From the NCBI GenBank assembly GCA_963841015.1, contig CAWJAX010000002.1, forward strand, positions 516,347 to 580,346: a stretch of DNA of 64,000 bases, written 5' to 3'. Under the pieces are notes generated by a model. It had not been told where the DNA came from and did not search any database. It saw only the letters and a list, made by a program, of their open reading frames with translations. Source of the stretch: an uncultured Methanoregulaceae archaeon (lineage in GTDB: Archaea; Halobacteriota; Methanomicrobia; Methanomicrobiales; Methanospirillaceae). Positions 42,326 to 53,383 of the stretch are shown piece by piece; the stretch's first letter is position 1; each line of letters starts with the position of its first letter. The translations under genes and the position numbers were made by a program.

Positions 42326-43582
42326 TCACCATGACAATCCTTTTCCGGAAAACCAGCGGGGATCTGCCCTGAAAAATTCCCCGTCCTGATACACAACCCT
42401 GCCCCCCATGATAACGGTCATGGGGAAGAGGGCAAAATGGCCCTCAAATGGCGTCCATCCGCATTTACTGTGGAGCATTTCAGCAGTGATCGGGGTGGGA
42501 ATTCTTCCAAAGAGAGCAAAATCCGCACGATCCCCCACGCTGAAACCCGCTCGGGGTATTCCCAGGAGTTCTGCAGGTTTGTAGGATGTCTTTTCGAGAA
42601 CGGACTGCAGGGGGATTTTTCCGTCAATAACCCGTGCAAGAAGAAGCGGCAGGAGGGTTTCAACACCGGGAATACCGGAAGGGGCACGGGAAAAATCCTG
42701 TGCTTTTTCCAAACGGGTATGGGGAGCATGATCAGATGCAATGATATCTATCCTGTCCCAGCGTCCCCAGATGTGTTTTCTCTCCCTCTCTGTCCGGAGT
42801 GGCGGGTTAACCTTCCCGCAGGGATCGTTGTCCTCGAAGTCTTCCAAAGAAAGGAACAGGTGATGGGGTGTTACCTCTACGGTACCTGCAGCAGCATCTA
42901 TGGATCGCTTCGTGCTGAGATGACAGAAGTGAAGCCGGCACCCCGCCTTGTTTAATTGCCGGACTGTTTTTACCGCTTTGAGTTCGCCTTCAGGAGGTCG
43001 ACTATGATGATGCGAGATCATACCCGTGTCGGGAATATCTGAAACCTCTTCGGCATGAATGGTAAGAAGGCCGTCAAACGTATGAATGCATTCCATTGCA
43101 CGGCTCAATGCGGCATCACCGATTGCATCCCCGTAACTGGACGGGGCAAAAAAGGTCTCACCGAATGCCATCGCACCTGCCCGCCACATCTCCCCGAGAT
43201 CAGTCCGGGCGGTCACACTGCTGTTGATAGCAAAATTGCACCAGGAATTAGTCTGTGCATCGCAAACCCGATCGCTAAAGTGTTTTACAGTTGTAATGGG
43301 AGGCACAGTATTGGGCTGGTCTACCACGACCGTCACTCCGCCGGCAAGTGCACTCATACTGCCGCTCTTCCAGTCCTCTTTAGCCGACTGGGTGCCTCCC
43401 CGCATATGTACATGCATGTCGATTGCTGCCGGAAGCACGAGGAGTCCGGTACAATCAAGGCAATCTGCCGTACCTGTGGATGCACCAACGTGAGTAACCC
43501 TGCCATCAGCCAGAGTGATATCCGCAACACGCCCTGAGGGAAGTGTCACATTACGGAGCGTGAGGGATGGAAGGGTATCCAT
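42326..43582 (-). CDS. pyrC: Dihydroorotase
   Basis: IDMHVHMR, DQPNT.P, HAEE, HFCHLS, EVTPHHL, KVNPPLR, ASDHAPH. Confidence 0.93.
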   Translation of the reverse strand: MDTLPSLTLRNVTLPSGRVADITLADGRVTHVGASTGTADCLDCTGLLVLPAAIDMHVHMRGGTQSAKEDWKSGSMSALAGGVTVVVDQPNTVPPITTVKHFSDRVCDAQTNSWCNFAINSSVTARTDLGEMWRAGAMAFGETFFAPSSYGDAIGDAALSRAMECIHTFDGLLTIHAEEVSDIPDTGMISHHHSRPPEGELKAVKTVRQLNKAGCRLHFCHLSTKRSIDAAAGTVEVTPHHLFLSLEDFEDNDPCGKVNPPLRTERERKHIWGRWDRIDIIASDHAPHTRLEKAQDFSRAPSGIPGVETLLPLLLARVIDGKIPLQSVLEKTSYKPAELLGIPRAGFSVGDRADFALFGRIPTPITAEMLHSKCGWTPFEGHFALFPMTVIMGGRVVYQDGEFFRADPRWFSGKGLSW

Positions 43583-43785
43583 AGTACTTGCTTTTTTCTC
43601 GTATAACCATAAAGGCATGGTGATCCATGCTGACCATGAGGTCGTGATACGTGATAACCGCCTTTTTATCGACAGCTATTCAATTACTCACTGTCTATAG
43701 TACTCTGCTAAGGTATACATACTCCCAATGAAAACGCTGGAAAGAGGGGAGCTGCCGTTATAGCCTGAAAAGGAGGATTTATTCT

Positions 43786-44529
43786 ATGGATAAAATAATC
43801 AGAATTTCACTTGGCCTGTTCGTGGTTATTCTTGTTGTTCTGGTATCCGTGGTTTCCTATCAGGTATTTGCGGAAAAGGCATACCTTACCTCGCTGTCCA
43901 GTAACTATTCCTATACTTGTAATATCACCACCGATTCTACGCTTTCCAATGTGACGATCTTTTTACCGGTGCCGGCAGATACATCTGGCAATTCTCCCAT
44001 CGTAGCACAATTCAGCGCTGAGACTATTGAGGGACTTCCCGAAGACTGGGAAGTATCCCTGTATGATACAGGAAAATCTACGCTGGTCAGGATTACCATT
44101 CCTGAAATCATTCCTCCTGCGGGGACCCTTCCTGAAAAACCCTATAGTATCGTACTATCCTCCGACATGAAATCCGGCACGGTAATTGATACCCGGGAGC
44201 CGATAAATAACAGTGCCCTGTTCCGCCCGGTCAGGGATCTCCGGCAGGTTTCCTGCTCTCCTGACAGTTCCCGGGAAAACGGCACCCCCCGATGTTATCA
44301 CTACCTTACTTCATTGTATGCAGATTACCAGGCATCGCCGGATGCCTCGGTTACGATCACGTCGTCTCTTACCGGCAAAAACAGCTGGAAAATATTTGAG
44401 CCCAGGTCAAACGAATACTCCACAGGTATCAGCCTGCTAATGGTGGGTGAGAACCGTGGCTGGAAGACCGTCAATGGATATCTCCAAAGCAGTACCGGTA
44501 CCTACGATGCACCGGATATCTCACCATGA
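43786..44529 (+). CDS. Membrane-anchored hypothetical protein
   Basis: GGAGG upstream, N-terminal TM, LSNVTIFLPVP motif; 247 aa. Confidence 0.75.
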   Translation: MDKIIRISLGLFVVILVVLVSVVSYQVFAEKAYLTSLSSNYSYTCNITTDSTLSNVTIFLPVPADTSGNSPIVAQFSAETIEGLPEDWEVSLYDTGKSTLVRITIPEIIPPAGTLPEKPYSIVLSSDMKSGTVIDTREPINNSALFRPVRDLRQVSCSPDSSRENGTPRCYHYLTSLYADYQASPDASVTITSSLTGKNSWKIFEPRSNEYSTGISLLMVGENRGWKTVNGYLQSSTGTYDAPDISP

Positions 44530-44611
44530 TATATTTATGCAGGTCTCTCCCTTTTATCAACCGGCAGAACCAGGAATTTAAATTCACGTTTAAGACAGGA
44601 AAACCAGGATC

Positions 44612-44851
44612 ATGGAATCACCAGTAAATGGACAGCAACGGGGCTCAATCCGGATTGGCCTTGTCGTAGACATTATCCAAAAAGAAGATCAGCGCAGTGG
44701 AAAAAAGACGCGGGGTATCGTACAGGAGATCCTGACCAACTCGCTTTTCCATCCTCACGGGATTAAAGTCAGACTGAAAGGGGGCAAGGTAGGGAGGGTA
44801 ACAGAGATTATCAGTGCGATATCTCCAGAAGATATTGATAATCTGTGTTGA
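44612..44851 (+). CDS. YwbE (DUF2196) family protein
   Basis: IIQKEDQRSGKKTRGIVQEILTNS..HPHGIKVRL..GKVGRV. Confidence 0.9.
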   Translation: MESPVNGQQRGSIRIGLVVDIIQKEDQRSGKKTRGIVQEILTNSLFHPHGIKVRLKGGKVGRVTEIISAISPEDIDNLC

Positions 44852-45270
44852 TCGGGCTCCCTTTGCAGATTTCCGGAGATCGCAAAATCCCGTAAAGGTG
44901 TTCTTTCATATTGTCGCTAAAAATCCTGTTGAAACGATTCTCTCCGTTTTTGTTAACGATCAGCGCTCTTTTGAGAAATGTTTTAATCTGAATGCATTTG
45001 CAGTATTTTCACCCGCTGTTGTGTGCTTCCCCGCCAATGTATACCTCCTGATAAGATACTACGTCACAATTGCTCCTTGAGCAGGGGTGGGAAGGGTATG
45101 ATCGTCCTGCCTGCGCTGCAAATTTATTATCCTTATAACGGGAATTTAGCCCAGACAGAATAAGAATACCCTGTTTTGTTGAAATGCTTATTATCTGAAA
45201 ACTATAGAAAGGTTATAATTGAACAATCACCTAAAATTCTGATAGATTATATTTTTAGCAGGAAATAACC

Positions 45271-46614
45271 ATGATCACCGTATTACTTGTCGAGGATGAT
45301 CCTGATGTGCTTGAGCTTACCCGGCTTTTTCTGGAACGGGACCTTGAACTCAATATCGATGTTTGTTCCTCGGTTAAAGAAGCACTGCGGAAATTAAACC
45401 ACAAGATCTATAATGTGATTGTTTCCGATTACGTTATGCCTGAAATAAACGGGATCCAGTTGCTGAAAACACTAAAATTCCAGGGAATCGAGACCCCTTT
45501 TATTCTTTTCACCGGAAAGGGAGGAGAAGAGACCGCCATAGAGGCATTAAACTCAGGTGCAACGTTTTATCTCCAGAAGAGTGAAAATCCAAGGTTCCAG
45601 TTTGCAAAATTACGCAAAATGATTCATGAAGCTGCCCAGAAACAGCGGACTGAGGAAATCTATCGTGAAAATAATATCTGCGTTGTAATTCCTGCGTATA
45701 ATGAAGAAAAACTTATCGGACCTACCCTTGCTTCAGTTCCCGATTATATTTTCAGGATTTATGCAGTCGACGACGCATCCACTGACCGGACACCGGAGGT
45801 TATTCGGGAATATGCAGAAAAAGACACGAGGATCATGCATATCCGGCATGAAATAAATCAGGGCGTAGGTGCATCGATCGCAACCGGGTACCGTGAAGCC
45901 TTAAACGAGGGGATGGATATTGCTGTAGTAATGGCTGGAGATAATCAGATGGACCCTGCATATCTTCCAAGGTTTCTCGATCCAATCATTAACCGGCAGG
46001 CAGATTATGCCGTGGGAAATCGCCTCCAGGGCAGGGAATATAGTAAAGGAATGCCCCTTTGGAGATTTTTTGGCAATGCTCTTCTTACCCTGCTTACCAA
46101 GATTGCATCCGGATACTGGCAATTGATGGACCCGCAGAATGGATATACAGCAATCTCCCGAAGGGCTCTTGAACGCCTGGATCCCAATAAAATCTATCCC
46201 CGGTACGGGTATTGCAACGACATCCTTGTAAAATTAAACGCATATGGATTCAAGGCAGTGAACATCAATCATCCGGCGCGGTATAATATCGGCGAAAAAT
46301 CGGGTATCAGGTATCGGACATATATTTTCAGGCTCTCACGCCTTCTCTTCAGAGATTTTTTCTGGCGGTTGAAGGAAAAGTATGTTGTCCTCAATTTTCA
46401 TCCACTCGTTTTCTTTTACGTTTTCGGGTTGATTATTATCTTAATAGGTATCATATTTGGTATCTATACAATCTATCTTAGATGGTTCGTTGAAACAGAA
46501 TTATTTGTAGTCCGGGCAGCCCTTGCACTCATCCTTTTCTTTATGGGTTCGATGTTTCTTCTGTTTGCAATGCTCTTTGATATGGAGCAGGAAAGGAATA
46601 CCGTGTGGCTGTAA
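45271..46614 (+). CDS. Response-regulator receiver domain fused to a GT2 (Dol-P-Man-synthase-like) glycosyltransferase with two C-terminal TM helices
   Basis: REC motifs LLVEDD, VSDYVMP, FTG, LQK; GT2 motifs VVIPAYNEE, VDDAS, MAGDNQMDP; two TM helices. Confidence 0.9.
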   Translation: MITVLLVEDDPDVLELTRLFLERDLELNIDVCSSVKEALRKLNHKIYNVIVSDYVMPEINGIQLLKTLKFQGIETPFILFTGKGGEETAIEALNSGATFYLQKSENPRFQFAKLRKMIHEAAQKQRTEEIYRENNICVVIPAYNEEKLIGPTLASVPDYIFRIYAVDDASTDRTPEVIREYAEKDTRIMHIRHEINQGVGASIATGYREALNEGMDIAVVMAGDNQMDPAYLPRFLDPIINRQADYAVGNRLQGREYSKGMPLWRFFGNALLTLLTKIASGYWQLMDPQNGYTAISRRALERLDPNKIYPRYGYCNDILVKLNAYGFKAVNINHPARYNIGEKSGIRYRTYIFRLSRLLFRDFFWRLKEKYVVLNFHPLVFFYVFGLIIILIGIIFGIYTIYLRWFVETELFVVRAALALILFFMGSMFLLFAMLFDMEQERNTVWL

Positions 46615-46734
46615 TTATTCTTTTTTTCTAAATACACCAATGATTTGCATCAACACAATACATAAAGATAAGGAGTAATAACATCCATTGTTATCTGGTA
46701 ATAGATAACGGATGTATATCAGGTTGGTGAGCTG

Positions 46735-48036
46735 ATGGAAGATCAGGCAGATGAAATTAGCCGGATTCGTGCACTATTAATGGACAATCCGAAAGGATCA
46801 ACGATTGAGGAAATTGCAAAAAAACTGCCATTGAACAGGACTTCTACTGCGAAATATCTCAACACTCTCCTTATCTCCGGTCAGGCTGAAATGCGGACAT
46901 TTGGTCGTGCAAAGGTCTTCACACTCTCCCAGCGTGTTCCTTTCTCGCAAATGCTGAACCTTTCCTCAGATCTTCTTTTGGTCCTGGATCAAAATCTTGT
47001 CATACATCAGGCAAATGAGCCATTCACCAGATTGTTTGGTCTCTCACGGGAGACGCTTATAGGACAACCCATTATGCGGTCTCCGTTTATTGCCTATGTT
47101 TCCGATAATAATTTATCTCTGATCAGGCAGGCAGCACAGGGAACTGAAACCTGTACAATAGATCAGATTGGGATTAATGGTAAGGAATATTTTTTTAAAA
47201 TCAAACTAATACCCCTGGTTTTTGATTCGGGGGGTCAGGGACTTGCCGTCATTCTTGAAGATATTACTGAGCTCAAAAAATACCAGCAGCATCTTGAAAA
47301 ACTTGTCGGGGAACGGACACATGAGTTGAAAATTACCAATGAACAGCTGGTAAAAGAAATTGACGAGCGCCATCAGGTTGAAAAAGCTCTTCACCAGGTC
47401 AATGCAAAACTCAACCTCGTGAGCAGTATTGCACGTCATGATATTCTTAATCGGCTAACCGTTATCTATGGAATAATATCGCTCTTACAGGAAAAGCTGT
47501 CAGATCCCACGTACCATGAATACCTGAAAAAAGCGGAAGAATCTGCGATTGCGATCAAACGTCAGATTGAATTCACTCGTGATTATAAGAATATGGGTTT
47601 AGAGAAGGCTGATTGGCAGAATGTCCGCACTTCACTGCAGCACTCATGCGAGAACGTGGATCTTAAAGGAGTGACCCTGGACGTTTTTACCAATAACCTG
47701 GAGATTTTTGCTGACTCATGGCTGGAAAAAGTCTTTTTTAACCTGATTGATAATACCCTGCGGTATGCAGAGGGAGTTACAAAAATCACGGTTTCTTTTC
47801 TTGAATCCCCCACGGGACTTGAGGTAATATTCGAAGACAATGGTATTGGAATTCCCTTTGATGAAAAAGAGAAGATATTTGAACGGGGATATGGGAAAAA
47901 TATCGGGTATGGTTTGTTTATGGCCCGTGAAATTCTTGCCATAACAGACCTCACTATTCAGGAAACCGGCGAACCTGGTAAGGGAGCCAGGTATGCGATT
48001 CACGTGCCAAAACGGTATTACCGTTTTAATAAATGA
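46735..48036 (+). CDS. Winged-HTH / PAS / histidine kinase
   Basis: N-terminal STIEEIAKKLPLNRTSTAKYL...FGRAKVF, PAS, H-box ARHDILN, HATPase motifs NLIDN, DNGIG, GYGL. Confidence 0.9.
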   Translation: MEDQADEISRIRALLMDNPKGSTIEEIAKKLPLNRTSTAKYLNTLLISGQAEMRTFGRAKVFTLSQRVPFSQMLNLSSDLLLVLDQNLVIHQANEPFTRLFGLSRETLIGQPIMRSPFIAYVSDNNLSLIRQAAQGTETCTIDQIGINGKEYFFKIKLIPLVFDSGGQGLAVILEDITELKKYQQHLEKLVGERTHELKITNEQLVKEIDERHQVEKALHQVNAKLNLVSSIARHDILNRLTVIYGIISLLQEKLSDPTYHEYLKKAEESAIAIKRQIEFTRDYKNMGLEKADWQNVRTSLQHSCENVDLKGVTLDVFTNNLEIFADSWLEKVFFNLIDNTLRYAEGVTKITVSFLESPTGLEVIFEDNGIGIPFDEKEKIFERGYGKNIGYGLFMAREILAITDLTIQETGEPGKGARYAIHVPKRYYRFNK

Positions 48037-48104
48037 TGCTGATAAAAACAACCTCCCCTTTTAATCATATACCTGTGTGGAACGTATACTATCCTTCACC
48101 AGGA

Positions 48105-48300
48105 TATTTTTTGGGTATATTCACATTTCAGCGACTAATTTCTTGTTTTATTCCAACGCCCCCTTGCGCCAGCCCTGCCCCCATTGGGGGCGGGGGCGCA
48201 TGCGATTCCTCTGTATTACCGGTATACCTGATCCCTGGTTACAGAACACCATCGCAACCGGGGCGCCATAAGTGGCGGGGCGAAGCCCCTGGAGCGTCTG
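48105..48300. repeat. Module C repeat, copy 1
   Basis: TCACATTTCAGCGAC...GGGGCGGGGGCGCATGCGATTC...AACCGGGGCG...GGGGCGAAGCCCCT.GAGCGT; also present at 60880-61075. Confidence 0.8.
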
Positions 48301-48431
48301 CGTTTTTGGTCTCTGAACAGGAACACTTTTTCGATCTGAATTTTGGAATACTATTCTGATTATATTTTCCCTCGTTATTTCCTTTACGAGTTGGTAGTTA
48401 AAATGGCACTATACCCTTTTTTTTAAAAACG

Positions 48432-48641
48432 AGCTCTGGAGAACTGTTCACCAGCACCTCATGTGCTAACCAGGGATTTCACCCCTCACGCTCTGGCTCC
48501 CGCAACAAAAATTTCCACAGTTACTGCGTTTTCTTCGCTCCTGGACCGCAGGGGGCGTATCAGGAAAGAGGACTGGTCCACTACGTAATCTTACCGATGC
48601 TTTGTATTTTAAATCAGAGGATAGGAATTCTCCAGAGTTTT
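48432..48641 (+). mobile_element. Degenerate B-type MITE with both TIRs
   Basis: Ends AGCTCTGGAGAA and GGAATTCTCCAGAGTT; flanks TAAAAACG and TAAACACG (7/8, allowing a homopolymer offset). Confidence 0.72.
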
Positions 48642-48837
48642 TAAACACGATCGGTAGTGAAAAGAATACGGAAATGATTGTTCTTTAAAACCTGTCATTT
48701 AAAAATTTTTTTAGGATCTGGAGATATCCGGACAATTTTTATCGGTTGTCACATCCCGTAAAACATGAAAATCAACAGATACCTATTCAAAAAATGCAGA
48801 TTACCCTCTCTGCCGTGGAAATTATTATTTTTTACCC

Positions 48838-49323
48838 TCAGAATACCAGTTCAATTTTATACGTTTCCTCGCCGCACAGTTTACTGTTTTTCTCAATAAT
48901 TTTAAATCCAAATCTTTGATGTACAACCAATGACTGGGGGTTATTTATATTAATGCATCCCTCGACAGAATGGACGTGATTATTTTTTAATTCTTTCAGA
49001 CTTTCATTAATAACCGTCAAAACAGTTCCTTTCCCCCGCATGGAGGGATCGATACAGAGTGAATACGCTGTTGCCTTGTGAATTCGTTTGAAACCAACGA
49101 ACTTTATGTGGAGATAGAACCCCATAAATGCAACAATCCTGCCATTCACTTCATGAACGTAACATATATTTCTGAAAAGGTGAGGATATTTCATTATTTG
49201 AAACCTGTTTCTGTTTCCAAAGCAGGTGGAATGAAGCTCCAGAATTCTTTCAAAATCATCATCTTTACATCTCCTGATGATTTTTGATGTGTGGGAATAA
49301 TTTCTCACCGACCGACTTCCCAT
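48838..49323 (-). CDS. GNAT-family N-acetyltransferase
   Basis: IIRRCKDDDFERILEL, SLCIDPSMRGKG, NPQSLVVHQRFGF. Confidence 0.8.
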   Translation of the reverse strand: MGSRSVRNYSHTSKIIRRCKDDDFERILELHSTCFGNRNRFQIMKYPHLFRNICYVHEVNGRIVAFMGFYLHIKFVGFKRIHKATAYSLCIDPSMRGKGTVLTVINESLKELKNNHVHSVEGCININNPQSLVVHQRFGFKIIEKNSKLCGEETYKIELVF

Positions 49324-49513
49324 ATAGTCTAAAAGAGAACGATAAAAAAGGAGACATTTTTCTTTGGGGTACGACAGTATTTTCTTTGGTAATCCAGTCA
49401 TATCAATCCCTATATGATCTTTTCAGTAAAAAATTAAAGCATCCGGTGAAATCAGGTTACTATACCTTTTTAATTATCATTATACAAAATGATAAGAGTA
49501 ACAAGGTCTTTTA

Positions 49514-51023
49514 ATGAGTTCACAATCTGAATCGGAGGGTCCAGAAAAAAAAATAACGGTAATGAGCTCATTCATAACAAATACTCTTATTGTAATGGGA
49601 GGTTCGTCAATTGCAGCCCTTATTACAATTATTTCCACTCCCATCCTTACGCATTATTTCACTCCGGATGCTTTTGGTATATTTGCAGTCTTCTCCTCGA
49701 TTACTGGTATCATCAGCATTATTGCCTGCATGAGATATGAACTGGCGATCATGCTCCCGAAATCTGATGATGAGGCAATTAATATTTTTGCTTTATGTTT
49801 ACTCATTGCCTTTTTCATAAGTGTTTTCCTGCTGCCAATTTTCTGGTTCTTCCAATCCGAAATAATTTCCCTGTTCAATTTACCTGATCTTGGGTCGTAT
49901 ATTCTCCTTATCCCATTCATGATCTTAGTGAACGGTTTTTTCACCGCTCTCTATAACTGGCATACCAGGACACAGAATTTTAAGCTACTTGCAGGTGCCC
50001 GGGTCACAAACGCAGTAATGACCAACGGTTCTCGAGCTGGCAAGTGCATTCATGGGTTTTTTAACTGCCGGAGGATTGATTATCGGCACTATCCTTGGTA
50101 CGTTTTCATCCACCCTGGTTCTCTTCGTACAGATGTGGAGAACGGATAAAGACTGCATTAAAGAGACTCAGTCAGGTGGAATGCAATAATCTTAGGCCTC
50201 ACACGCTATCGCAATTTTCCAATCTACGATAGTTTCTCAGCATTCATCAATAACCTTTCGTGGCAGCTTCCGGTATTAATGCTTGCTGCGTTTTTCTCAC
50301 CGGCAATTGTCGGTTTTTATTCCTTGGGGTTAATGGTCCTTTTTTTCCCGATGAATCTTATAGGTGGTGCGCTCTCTCAGAATTTCCTCCAGAAAGCAGC
50401 TGAAGTAAAGGACCAGGGCACTCTCGGGCATCTCGTTGAGCAGGTATTTGAAATCCTGGTTATTGTTGGACTATACCCGATATTTGTGCTGACGCTTGTG
50501 GGTGCAAATATCGTCATGGTAATTTTCGGACCAAATTGGGGCGAAGCTGGTGTCTATCTCCAGATTCCTCAGTATCTGGGCATTTGTCTGGTTTGTATCG
50601 TCTCCTTTGGGAGTAGTCTTCGCCGTCTTAGAAAAACAGGCATACTTTTTAAAACTGAATATTGTAATTTTTTGCACCCGGTTTGGCTCTCTTCTTATAG
50701 GAGGACTTCTGGGTGATCCCCTTATCGCATTGGGCCTCTTTGCTGTCACGGGTATAGTAATTTATGGATATATGAACTGGAGTGTCATGCGAATTTCAGG
50801 AGTGTCACAGAAATTTGTGAAAATGACATTACTACACAATTGTATCTTATTCATACCCGCCTTTTTACTGCTCGGTTTATTAAAATTTTTGAATGCAAGT
50901 AATCTTATTATAACCTGTGCATCTGTCGTAGTTCTCGCCGGATACTATGTATACCTCATGAAAACGAATGATAAAGTCAAGGAGATATTCAATCAGGTAG
51001 CAGGCCGGTTTATCCGTATCTGA
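49514..51023 (+). CDS. Oligosaccharide flippase (Wzx / polysaccharide biosynthesis protein), multiply frameshifted
   Basis: PILTHYFTPDAFG, MRYELAIMLP, YRNFP, VGFYSL, FGPNWGEAG.YL across three or more frames, with many TM helices. Confidence 0.8.
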
Positions 51024-51141
51024 TCCGTTCTTTGGATTCGGATTCTATCACCTTATCTCTCCGGTCTGCTGAAGATCTCAGGCTCTTCTGGCTTCCCAGC
51101 TTTCCGTATCTGGATGTACTTCCCACCCATCCGCTTGAGGA

Positions 51142-51351
51142 ACATATAGAAGAATCTTTTTCATTGATATGAAATTCAAGATGCTGGTACGAATGAAGGA
51201 GGGGACATGAGCCTGTCCCCCATGCCGCCCCTGCGCTGAGCGATGATGACGTAGCACCTGTTCGGGAGTTATCGCATCGGGGGAGCCACAGCGGCGGGGG
51301 GTGAAACCCCCTCCGAGCGTTCAGCGTGTAATTGAGCATTTCTCCAGAGCA
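51142..51351 (-). mobile_element. Modular MITE copy (B, well conserved)
   Basis: TGATATGAAATTCAAGATGCTGG...GGGGGTGAAACCCCC...GAGCATTTCTCCAGAGCA. Confidence 0.82.
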
Positions 51352-51652
51352 AGATAAACACAATCTTTTTGGGAAATGCTGGTTCGTCTGCAATCGTATC
51401 AATCAATGGTGATGTGCTGATCTCCAAACCCGTGCCGGACGTCACAATTATTTCGGACAGCTGATGGATTAACTCCTTGTGTCGTATGAGAGTAATTCCA
51501 ATCCTGTTACCTGGTATCTCCTCCTTCCCCCATAATGGACACTCTCGCATAGGGTATCCCGGGCATTGTAAGGGACACAGGTTCGTGTCTCCTCTTTCAC
51601 CGTACCGTTTATTTTCAAATCCTTATCAAAAAATTCTGCAGATCCGATAGTA

Positions 51653-52648
51653 TCAGAACTTTTGAATAAACCGGGCAAAGGGCGATTCCCAGATCATTGA
51701 ATAAAAAGGCATAATCTCCGCATTGAATTGACTTTTAAACGGAAAAAGGGTCAGATCCGATGCCCCGATAATCTCATAGGTCTTAAAATTGTTATTACAT
51801 GCCCACCGCATTGCTTCCCAGTTGACAAGGTAATTCGGGCTTGCCCCGTTTATCATAGTTCGGGGCGTCCCTATCCAGCCATTTACTTTTTCCTTATAGG
51901 TGAATGTGATGTTTCCGGTGAGAGGAATGTCATCTTTTTTTGCTATGAAAAATTTGATATTTTCCGAAAAATTCTCATAAATTTCAAGGACAAATTCTTT
52001 TGGTGCTTCAATTCTTTGATGTCCGAGCATTAAATTATATAAAAAATCCACATCTTCTTTTGAACCCATTGCCAGGGAAACGCCATTTTTTTCCAGTTTT
52101 TTTACCGTTCTTCTGACGGTCGGACTGAAGTTTTCCCAAACGGTCTTTTCCCCTCCTGAAACATCAATCGTTGAGGTGAATTCCGGTGTGACCTGGTAGC
52201 CTGACCAGATAAATGGACGCGGGTCAGCCGTGCCCGGAGAGGAACGTATTCTTATGTAGTTTGCTTGTAATGTGTTTTTGAGAAAATCATCTGCCGCTTT
52301 CTGGAATTCAAAAAACTGGTGCTGTTTTTTATGAGTTTTGGTTTCATCATATTTTTTTATAACAGGCCCGAGGTAACACGTTTCAAGAGAGAATGGTGGA
52401 GAACTTGCAATTTTCAACCATCGGGTGTCATAGAAAAAAACCGGTAATAATCCAATAATTTCACTCCCGTCCCGAATAATCAGGGGGAAAAGGGTGCCCC
52501 TGTAGTGACGGGAAAAAATTTTTTTCCAATTATACTTTTCCATAATTTTCAGCCAGTTCCAGGAATGGAAAAGAGTTCCGTCAATCGACGAAAATACAAT
52601 GTCATCCCAGAGCTGACGATCCTTATCGGATGCAACGGAAACATCCAT
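51653..52648 (-). CDS. FemAB-like double-GNAT protein (glycan-modifying acyl/aminoacyl transferase)
   Basis: WDDIV...GTLFHSWNW, YLGP, DPRPF.W.GY, NYLVNWEAMRWA, FKSQFN. Confidence 0.82.
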   Translation of the reverse strand: MDVSVASDKDRQLWDDIVFSSIDGTLFHSWNWLKIMEKYNWKKIFSRHYRGTLFPLIIRDGSEIIGLLPVFFYDTRWLKIASSPPFSLETCYLGPVIKKYDETKTHKKQHQFFEFQKAADDFLKNTLQANYIRIRSSPGTADPRPFIWSGYQVTPEFTSTIDVSGGEKTVWENFSPTVRRTVKKLEKNGVSLAMGSKEDVDFLYNLMLGHQRIEAPKEFVLEIYENFSENIKFFIAKKDDIPLTGNITFTYKEKVNGWIGTPRTMINGASPNYLVNWEAMRWACNNNFKTYEIIGASDLTLFPFKSQFNAEIMPFYSMIWESPFARFIQKF

Positions 52649-52842
52649 AAGGGATCTTTCTGTTTTTTGAATTATATAATTATAGTATTTTTTAGTATCC
52701 CCCTGATTCCTGTTTTACTATCCCCAAACAAGGAATCTGACCTATACATAAGCACAAAGGATGCGGTCCTGAACAATTACCTGTGCACATACGGCAGAAA
52801 AATCCGTCGAATTACCTCATCCCTGTCAAACCAGGAGAAATG

Positions 52843-53075
52843 TGCTCTGGAGAATCCTTTTAAAGAAATGAAATTCAAGATGCTGGTACGCATGAAGGAG
52901 CGGACATGATCCGTCCCCCCATGCCGCCCATGCGCTGAGCGATGATGACGTGGCACCTCTTCAGGAGTTATCGCATCGGGGGAGCCGCAGCGGCGGGGGC
53001 GAAGGCAAAAACCGAAGCTGACCTTAAAAAGTGTCATCATTGAGTTTTTTTTGCTATAATGTGAAGAAATGTCAT
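52843..53075 (-). mobile_element. Modular MITE copy (B with D-type end)
   Basis: TGCTCTGGAGAATCC TIR, B core, then GGGGGCGAAGGCAAAAACCGAAGC...GTGAAGAAATG. Confidence 0.78.
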
Positions 53076-53383
53076 ATTATTTGACGATACTCCAGATTAT
53101 CTGATAGTATCAAAGAGAACCCGCGTCTTTTGATTTGACAGGGAAGAAATCGGAAGACGCGTGCGAGATTGTATGCAGCCGTAACCCGTATTCATGAAAA
53201 AGAATTCCCCGGAGCCGGTAGTTACTGTATATAAATAAATTAACAACCAATGACTACTGATTATCTGTCTGGAAACAGGAAATAAAATTATTGAGAAGGG
53301 AAGAAACTGAAAATTCTGTATTATATCCATATAAATTTAAGTTTCTTATTGAGTAATTGAAATTACAGAAGTATGGAAGGATA

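Noticed and set aside
52815-53150. Imperfect outer inverted repeat (CCCTGTCAAA / TTTGACAGGG) around the 52843 element
   Set aside because: Only about 10-20 bp, seen once, with no TSD. It could be chance or an operator between divergent genes, which is too little to call a composite element.
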